Source of the DNA: an uncultured Actinomycetes bacterium
GTDB taxonomy: Bacteria; Actinomycetota; Thermoleophilia; UBA2241
DNA length: 42,647 bases
Assembly: GCA_963725665.1 (NCBI GenBank)
Contig: CAVRZA010000007.1
Location: 1-42,647, forward strand
Reading direction: 5' to 3'
Shown: piece by piece, positions 36,359 to 42,647 of the stretch
Layout of the letters: every line of letters starts with the position of its first letter
How positions within the stretch are numbered: the stretch's first letter is position 1
The notes under the pieces: generated by a model
What the model was told of the DNA's origin: nothing
Databases searched by the model: none
Seen by the model: only the letters and a program-made list of their open reading frames with translations
Program-made: the position numbers and the translations under genes

Positions 36359-38458
36359 TCACCAGCGCCGACGCGGGCGCATGAGCGGAGCCGGCCGCGG
36401 GCGTGGCCTGCCTCGGGTGCGCTCGGCCGGGAACGGGCGCACAAGCTCGGGATCCCAGTCGGCGAACAGGCGGAGCCGCCGCCGTCCGGCCCCTGGGCCA
36501 ACCATCAAGGCGGCGCCCACCACGAGGGCCGCCAGTGGCACAAGCGGGAGTCCCGCGAATGCGAGGCTGGCCCCGCCGCCCTCACCACCGCCGGCGACCC
36601 CGGAGGCCTTGATCACATAACCGGACACCGAGCGCGTCGCCGCACCCCCCGTGGACGTCGACACCGCAGAGGGCATCTCGACCCCCGACGAGCTCCCACC
36701 TGCGGCGCCCGTATCCGACCCTGCCGCGTTCCCCGAGGAGCCGCTTCCGCGACCGTTGCCAGCGCCGCTCCCGGACCCGCTGCCCGTGCCGCCGCCCACA
36801 CCGCCGCCGGACCCGGCCCCGCTGCCTCCGCTCGAGACGGGATAGTTGTAGGTACCGGAGCCTCCGTTGCTGTCGCGTCGGTTCCCGCTGACGCCGCCGC
36901 CGCCGCTGCCGCTCATCTTCGACCGCCACGGCTCGTAGGAGATGGTGAGCGACCGCAGCGCGGGAGCACAGGCGCGTGACCCCGTCGACAATGTCACCTG
37001 GTAGGAGATCCTCTGGCCTGCGGTCAGCGGCGGGAACGGTACGGTCTTAGCCCCGGAGCCCGCCGACATGTCGGACTTGCCACCGAACATGCCGAGCAGC
37101 TTCCACGAGCCGCTGTCGATAAGGTACGAGACGGCGATCGGCGCACTCGGGACGCGCGCGAAGGTGCACCTGATGGTCGCGAACCGCTTGCGCTTGCTTA
37201 GGCCGCAGTCAAGGCTCCTGGACGTCACCGACCCCGCATCCGTCGTCGTCCCGAGCACGACCACCCGCCGCCCCCCGGGGTCGGCGACGGCGAGGCGCCC
37301 ATCGGTCGCCTGCGAAAGAGCCGCCGGCGCCGACAGCGAGCCCGAGAACGGCGTCCCGCTGCTCGAGCCGTACTCAGCGAACTTTTGGTGCCGGGTGGGC
37401 CGACCCGAGATCGAACCGGTCGCCACGCCGAGTACGCTGCGGCGGCCGGCGTCGGCGATCCACACGACGTTGTCGGCACCGTAGCTGCCGAGCGCCCAGC
37501 TCGGAGAGCTGAGGAGAGAGGCGGTCTCCGAGCCGGAGGCCGGATACTGCCAGACGATGCTCCCCGCGGTGAAGCCGTGGCTGGACCCGGAGGAGGCGTA
37601 GTCGGCGTAGCGAACCTCTATGACCCGCGCCGCCCCGGCATCGCAGATGAGCACGTTGTCCCGTGACGCTCCCGCCGTGAGGCGCTGTGCTGAAGTCGGC
37701 GTCACGAGCTGGTCGACACCGTCGCCGGACACTCCGGTCGTGCCGTACTGCCACACGATGCTGTCGGCGGTGAACCCGGCGTCCGCGCTCGTGGCGTTAT
37801 AGTCGCCGGCGCGCACCACGATCACTCGATGATTGCCTGCGTCGCAGATCACTACGTTCCCGTCGGAGAGCACGGCGGCGGACGTCGGTGCATCGAGCCT
37901 GTCAGGACCGGAGCCGGCGGCCCCCGTCTCCCCGTACTGCCACTCCACCTTGCCACTTTGATCATCGATGATGAAGACGCGCGCTGCGCCGCTATCGCAG
38001 ATCAGTGTGCGCCCGCCAGCGAGCCGGCGGGCGCGCACCGGTGTACGCAGGTCGGCGTCGTCCGCGGCTGTGTAAGACCAGACAAGCGCGCCGTTCGCGT
38101 CGAACTCGGCGACCAGCCTGTTGGCGACATCTGCCACCAGGACGCCGCCGCCGCTGAGCACATCCACGCTCCGGGGATCGGCCTGCGAGACGCCCAGCGA
38201 GACATAGCCCTGCGTGCCGGCGTCGATCACCTGCAACTCGCCCACCTTGAGGCTCACACTCTGATCTTCGGCCCCGCTCACCACGACGTCCGCGCCGAGT
38301 GGTGTGACGAGGTCGAATGGCGAGCCCGCGGTGCCTTGCGGAAACGCCGACTGAGAAGCGAGAGCCGAACCCGGCGCCAGCAGGACCGCCCATCCAGCGA
38401 TGCACAGCGCCGCAGCGTATGCGGCAACGCGGATCGCTCGACTGACTCCCCAGGACAT
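36359..38458 (-). CDS. Secreted/surface NHL-like beta-propeller protein with a Gly/Ser-rich linker and C-terminal membrane anchor
   Basis: Signal peptide MSWGVSRAIRVAAYAAALCIAGWAVLLAPGSALA; repeated (L/I)xDxGxxRV...(I/V)xWQY blades; GGGSG-rich tract; hydrophobic LPLVPLAALVVGAALMVG followed by an Arg-rich tail. GGAGG SD. Confidence 0.75.
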   Translation of the reverse strand: MSWGVSRAIRVAAYAAALCIAGWAVLLAPGSALASQSAFPQGTAGSPFDLVTPLGADVVVSGAEDQSVSLKVGELQVIDAGTQGYVSLGVSQADPRSVDVLSGGGVLVADVANRLVAEFDANGALVWSYTAADDADLRTPVRARRLAGGRTLICDSGAARVFIIDDQSGKVEWQYGETGAAGSGPDRLDAPTSAAVLSDGNVVICDAGNHRVIVVRAGDYNATSADAGFTADSIVWQYGTTGVSGDGVDQLVTPTSAQRLTAGASRDNVLICDAGAARVIEVRYADYASSGSSHGFTAGSIVWQYPASGSETASLLSSPSWALGSYGADNVVWIADAGRRSVLGVATGSISGRPTRHQKFAEYGSSSGTPFSGSLSAPAALSQATDGRLAVADPGGRRVVVLGTTTDAGSVTSRSLDCGLSKRKRFATIRCTFARVPSAPIAVSYLIDSGSWKLLGMFGGKSDMSAGSGAKTVPFPPLTAGQRISYQVTLSTGSRACAPALRSLTISYEPWRSKMSGSGGGGVSGNRRDSNGGSGTYNYPVSSGGSGAGSGGGVGGGTGSGSGSGAGNGRGSGSSGNAAGSDTGAAGGSSSGVEMPSAVSTSTGGAATRSVSGYVIKASGVAGGGEGGGASLAFAGLPLVPLAALVVGAALMVGPGAGRRRLRLFADWDPELVRPFPAERTRGRPRPRPAPLMRPRRRW

Positions 38459-38494
38459 CGATTCCTCCGGGTGACCCTCGCCACCGTCGTCTGC

Positions 38495-38527
38495 GTGACA
38501 GCACGTTATCTCTTGTGTAGTATATCG
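38495..38527 (+). promoter_or_regulatory. modA promoter overlapped by a ModE-type operator
   Basis: GTGACA (38495-38500), 17 nt, TAGTAT (38518-38523). CG-T-TATCTC-TTGTGT-AGTATA-T-CG (38504-38527) has the spacing of the ModE consensus CGnTATATA-N6-TATATAnCG. Confidence 0.65.
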
Positions 38528-38696
38528 CCCCGTCAATGCCCTTGACGCTGGCGCTCGGGATTTGTGCCGGCGCCGCCCGCCTGGGGGCCGCTCGGCGGTC
38601 GCCTGGGTCGGGCCTGTGTACAACAGGGCCCAGGGGGAAGCAGGAGCTCGCTCCGCCGTCGGAGCCGCTCACATGGTGTCATGGAGGAGGAACCTC

Positions 38697-39770
38697 ATGA
38701 GAAGCAAGTTGCGAGTACTGCTCGTCGCGGTGATGGTGGTCGCGGTGCTCGGGATCGGAGCGACTTCGGCGTCGGCTGCGACCCCCAGGCCCAAACTGTA
38801 CGTGCACGCCGCCGCGTCGCTCTACAAAGCCTTCCCGGCCATGGTGGCGCCGTTCAAGGCCGCGAACCCCAAGTACAAGTCCTACAAGTTCGTCTTCAAC
38901 TTCCAGGGCACTGACACGCTCGTCGCGCAGATCGAAGCGGGCGCGCCGGCCGACGTCTTCGCGGGCGCCAGCACCAAGTACGGCACCCAGCTGTTCAATG
39001 ACGGCTTCACCTACACGCCGAACCTCTTCGTCCAGAACAAGCTGTGCGTCATCGTGCCGAAGTCGAATCCGGCGAAGATCGATAGCCTGGACGACCTCAC
39101 GAAGGACGGCGTCATGATCGCCATCGGCGACGCGGCAGTCCCGATCGGCACCTACACGCGCACGGTCCTCACAAACATCACCAACAGCGGCGTCTACGGC
39201 GCTACCTACTCCGACGATGTCATGGCCAACGTCGTCGCCACCGTCTCGAACGTGAACATGGTGACCGCCCTGGTCTCGCTCGGAGAGGTCGACGCCGGTT
39301 TCGTCTACAAGAGCGACGCGCTGGCCGCCAACATCGGGAAGGTCAGGGTCCTCAGGGTCAACATCGCGAACGCCTACCAGACCAACCCGCTGCCGACGTA
39401 CCCCCTCTCCAGGGTCAAGACGTCAGCGCACCCGACGGCGGCCGTGGACTTCATCAATTACTGCCTGGGTGTGCGTGGCCAGAGGATCCTGACATCCTAC
39501 GGGTTCCTCCCCAAGCCGACGCTGCTCGTCAGCGCCGTTCTCCCCACGAGCGGTCTGGCAGGTTCGACGGTGACCATCACCGGCGCCGGCTTCGGCAAGG
39601 CGGGCGTGGTCAGCATCGGCGGCACCCCCGCCACGACCAGCACCTGGACCTACAAATCGATAAAAGCCACGGTGCCGGCCAGCCTCACGGCCGGCGCCCA
39701 GCCTGTCACCGTGACGCCCACCGGCGGCACGACCTCGAACGCGGTCACCTTCACCGTGACCGCCCCGTGA
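38697..39770 (+). CDS. modA: Molybdate ABC transporter substrate-binding protein with a C-terminal IPT/TIG-like domain
   Basis: AAASL, QIEAGAPADVF, VPIGTY and GEVDAGFVYKSDA motifs. Tail PTSGLAGSTVTITGAGFG...IKATVP...SNAVTFTVT. Confidence 0.92.
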   Translation: MRSKLRVLLVAVMVVAVLGIGATSASAATPRPKLYVHAAASLYKAFPAMVAPFKAANPKYKSYKFVFNFQGTDTLVAQIEAGAPADVFAGASTKYGTQLFNDGFTYTPNLFVQNKLCVIVPKSNPAKIDSLDDLTKDGVMIAIGDAAVPIGTYTRTVLTNITNSGVYGATYSDDVMANVVATVSNVNMVTALVSLGEVDAGFVYKSDALAANIGKVRVLRVNIANAYQTNPLPTYPLSRVKTSAHPTAAVDFINYCLGVRGQRILTSYGFLPKPTLLVSAVLPTSGLAGSTVTITGAGFGKAGVVSIGGTPATTSTWTYKSIKATVPASLTAGAQPVTVTPTGGTTSNAVTFTVTAP

Positions 39771-39836
39771 CGCCCCGACCAGCTGAGGTCGCGGGCGACA
39801 ACGCATACTGCGGCTGCGGCACGGCGTCGTGAGGTC

Positions 39837-40637
39837 ATGCTTCGTAGCCTGAGCAAAGTCACGGCGGTGGCGATCACCGGGATCGCCACCGCCGTGCTCG
39901 TTCTGTTCGTCGGCCTGCCGCTGCTGGCCATCTTCACGCGCGTGCCGCTCTCCACGCTGCTCGACCAATTCCATTCCGAGGCAGTCCGCGACGCGCTGCG
40001 CATCAGCTTGCAGACCAGCCTCGTCGCACTCGCCTTCATCCTGGCGGTGGGCACGCCCGCCGCGCACCTGCTGGGTACGAGCAGGTTCCGTGGCCGGACC
40101 GTGGTCACCACGCTGCTCGAGATGCCGCTCGTCCTGCCACCGGCGGTCGCCGGCATCGGCCTCTTCGCCGCGTTCGGGCGGACGGGCCTCCTCGGATCGC
40201 AGCTTCAGGCGCTGGGCATCAGGATCCCGTTCACCTGGATCGCCGTCGTGATGGCGCAGGCGTTCGTGGCGATGCCGTTCTACGTGCGGCAGGCGATCGT
40301 CGCGTTCGGTTCCGTGGACACGCAGCTCGTCGGCGCCTCGCGCACGCTGGGAGCCGGCCCGCTGCGTTCCTTCCTCCGCGTCGAGCTTCCGCTGGCCCGA
40401 CCGAGCCTCTCCGCGGGCGCCGGCCTAGCGTGGGCTAGAGCTATCGGCGAGTTCGGCGCCACGGCGCTGTTCGCCGGCAGCCTCCAGGGCGTCACCCAGA
40501 CGCTCCCGCTCGCCATCTACGCGCAGTTCGGCGGTGGCAACTTCGAGGCGACGCTGGCCATGTCGGCCCTGCTCGTCGCGGTGAGCTTCGCCATCCTCGT
40601 CACCACGAAGCTCCTTCTCCGTTGGCGCGACGCATGA
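39837..40637 (+). CDS. modB: Molybdate ABC transporter permease
   Basis: PLVLPPAVAG, EAA-like ASRTLGA, WARAIGEFGAT and TQTLPLAIY motifs. Confidence 0.93.
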   Translation: MLRSLSKVTAVAITGIATAVLVLFVGLPLLAIFTRVPLSTLLDQFHSEAVRDALRISLQTSLVALAFILAVGTPAAHLLGTSRFRGRTVVTTLLEMPLVLPPAVAGIGLFAAFGRTGLLGSQLQALGIRIPFTWIAVVMAQAFVAMPFYVRQAIVAFGSVDTQLVGASRTLGAGPLRSFLRVELPLARPSLSAGAGLAWARAIGEFGATALFAGSLQGVTQTLPLAIYAQFGGGNFEATLAMSALLVAVSFAILVTTKLLLRWRDA

Positions 40638-41748
40638 CCCTTGCGGACGACACGCTGACCATGGACATACGGCATCGATTGAGCCGGATCGACCTGGACG
40701 TGCACCTGACGGTGGGTCGGGAGACGCTGGCCCTAGTCGGTCCTTCGGGGGCCGGCAAGACGTCGGTGCTGGGCACTCTCGCCGGCCTGTTGCGGCCGGA
40801 CTGGGCGCGCGTGGTCTACGCCGGGCAGACGCTCGTCGACACCGACGAGCGGATCGACCTGCCGCCGGACAGGCGTCGCGTCGGCATGATGTTCCAGGAG
40901 GGGGCGCTCTTCCCGCACATGACGATAGCGCGCAACGTGGCGTACGGCTTGCGGCCGCGGCCCAGGAGCCGCGGAGAGCGGCGGGCGCGGGTCGCAGACC
41001 TCCTGGCGCGATTCGGCATCGAGGGCCTCGCGCGCACGCGACCGGGCAAGGCGTCTGGCGGCGAGCGTCAGCGCGCCGCCCTCGCCCGCGCGGTCGCCAC
41101 CACGCCGGACATCCTGCTGCTCGATGAGCCGCTGTCGGCCCTCGACTCGGTGACCAAGTCGCAGGTGTCGACGGCAGCTCGCTCACTGGCTGGCGGAGCT
41201 CAGTCTGCCGACCATCCTCGTGTCCCATGACTACGGCGATGTCGTCGGTCTCGCTGACCGCATCGCCGTCATCGACGCTGGGAGTATCGTCCAGACGGGC
41301 ACCGCTGCCGACCTCTGCGCGGCCCGCGCCGCCGTTCGTGGCGGTCTTCGTCGGCACTAACTTCTTCTCCGGATCAGCCTCTGGTGTGGCGAGGTCACCG
41401 AGGTCATCATCCCCGACGGCGCCCGCTTCGTGAGCGCCGACTCCGGCCATCGGCGACGTCTCGGTGGTCGTGGATCCGTGGGCCGGTGCGAGTTGACTCC
41501 GCCGGCAGCGGCGCCCTGCGGGACCCAACGTGCGTGGGCAGGGTCCGATCGCTCAGATTGCGCGCATGGGGAGCGTAGTGCGCGTCACCGTGGCCTCGCA
41601 CCCGCCGCTCATCGCAGAGCTCCCGGCCACGCAGGCTGCTTCGCTCGACCTTAATCACGGTGCGATTGTGGCCGCGGCTTGGCCGCCCGAGGCGGTGCGG
41701 CTGGTCGTAGCAGAGGGAGCCCCGCAAGGGCCGACCGACGCCGGGTAG
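40634..41748 (+). CDS. modC: Molybdate ABC transporter ATP-binding protein with a C-terminal TOBE-like region; several indels after about 41170
   Basis: GPSGAGKT, ALFPHM, SGGERQR and LLLDEPLSALD motifs. LVSHD and the C-terminal ...MGSVVRVTV...IAEL...SLDL continue in shifted frames. Confidence 0.85.
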
Positions 41749-41814
41749 TTCGCCTACCGGCCTGACAGGGGAAGAGACCAGGTGACTCGGCGGGGGCTCA
41801 ACCGGCCGCGCGCC

Positions 41815-42316
41815 TCACGTCTTGGGCTGCGCCTGCGGGGACGAGAGCGAATCGGGTTGCGCGAAGGGCGTGTCGCCGAAGTGCTTGCGGTAGAGCCTGT
41901 CGAGCTCGGCGTCGGCCTCGTCGAGGAACGCTCGAAAGCGCTGGACGAGATCCAGACCGTCCGCCGTGAGGGTCGATCCGCCACCGCCCTGCCCGCCAAT
42001 CTGGCGATGGAGCAGCTCGAGGTGCAGGTGATCCTCGGCCATGCGCACCACGTTCCAGGCCTTTGTACGACATCCCCATGCGTTGGGCCGCCTGATGCAG
42101 CGACCCCGTCTCCTCGACGAGTACGAGCAGGTCGCAAATACCGGGACCGAAGAGCGGCTCCCCCTCCTCATGGAAGAAGACGCGATGACCTGCGCGCACA
42201 CGAGGCCGTCCACCCGCGGGCCACGGCCGCGAAGACGCCCGCTCCCGACGCTGCTGCGCACGCCGCTCTCGCGGGCTGAGCGCGCTGTAGTCGTCTGACG
42301 GGTCGACGTGTGGCAT
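41815..42316 (-). CDS. modE: ModE N-terminal winged-HTH regulator with no Mop/TOBE domains; one indel at about 42063
   Basis: FGPGICDLLVLVEETGSLHQAAQRMGMSY / KAWNVVRMAE...GGQGGGGSTLT, split across ORFs 41798..42379 and 41815..42384. Confidence 0.82.
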
Positions 42317-42501
42317 GTGGCCTCCCGCGAGGGTTTTGGTAACGCCAACCACAGCAGAGCATAGCTCCGCACCGCCCACGACACGAGTGCCGTGCCGCAG
42401 GAGCCTGGTGCCGTGCGGCTTTCACCATCCTCCTACAGCGGGCCGGGACGGCGATACGCGACGGTCGCCCGGGCCAGAGGAGAACAGGGCTCGCTACCAG
42501 C

Positions 42502-42530
42502 TTGACACGCCCAGGACCCTCGCTGATAGT
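42502..42530 (+). promoter_or_regulatory. Putative sigma70-type promoter for RNA motif copy 4
   Basis: TTGACA (42502-42507), 17 nt, GATAGT (42525-42530). Confidence 0.55.
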
Positions 42531-42540
42531 GTCGATCTCG

Positions 42541-42647
42541 AACTCCAAGCCCCTCGTCCTAAGGCACTCGCCACGGACGACGGGCCGTACCATGGACAGA
42601 CCATGGGGCGGCGCACGGTGTGCCGTCGTGGGCCCGCGGTGGAAACG
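42541..42647 (+). ncRNA. Moco RNA motif, copy 4, with a stem in the P3 position; truncated by the window end
   Basis: CUCCAAGCCC-CUCGUCCUAA-GGC-ACUC-GCC-ACGGACGA-CGGGC (P2), CCAUGG-ACAGA-CCAUGG (P3 position), an extra GGCGCA-CGG-UGUGCC hairpin, then GGGCCCGCGGUG-GAAA-CG (start of P4). Confidence 0.7.

Noticed and set aside
34088-37207. Remnant/gene pair as a DGR template and variable repeat
   Set aside because: Divergence is too high and not adenine-specific, and there is no reverse transcriptase in the window.
38560-38690. Hairpins in the modA leader as a fifth Moco RNA motif
   Set aside because: Stems exist, but the CCUAA loop, GAAA-capped P4 and GGAAAGGAG landmarks are absent.
1-42647. 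CRISPR arrays, tRNA/rRNA genes, transposases, integrases
   Set aside because: No periodic repeat-spacer pattern, cloverleaf or mobile-element protein motif was seen by eye.

Overview
High-GC bacterial DNA, apparently from an anaerobe; an Actinomycetota-like host is my inference only. The window is almost entirely a Mo/W-pterin enzyme island. On the minus strand: two SDRs, two IclR regulators and a tungsten-family aldehyde:ferredoxin oxidoreductase (AOR); a COG1099/TatD-like hydrolase, a PLP aromatic amino acid decarboxylase and a nitroreductase; a close homolog of pyrogallol-phloroglucinol transhydroxylase (athL/bthL); and a Mop-type Mo aldehyde oxidoreductase followed by the uncharacterised DVU_1551-1558/TrsS radical-SAM accessory cluster plus two DUF364 genes. 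Next come a divergent selenocysteine formate dehydrogenase (UGA plus SECIS), a second Mop-like gene followed by a TusE-like protein and a cysteine desulfurase, an NAD(P) aldehyde dehydrogenase with an internal UGA, a secreted beta-propeller protein, modABC with a ModE box, and a ModE-HTH gene. The main non-coding signal is four Moco/Tuco RNA motifs. Three lack P3 (the tungsten-associated form) and sit upstream of the three W-independent aldehyde-oxidising enzymes, suggesting a cofactor-sensing isoenzyme switch. Paired 15-bp IclR-type boxes spaced 21 bp apart precede three operons. Several genes carry single-base indels, probably long-read errors. All family calls come from motif recognition and remembered reference sequences, not from database searches.
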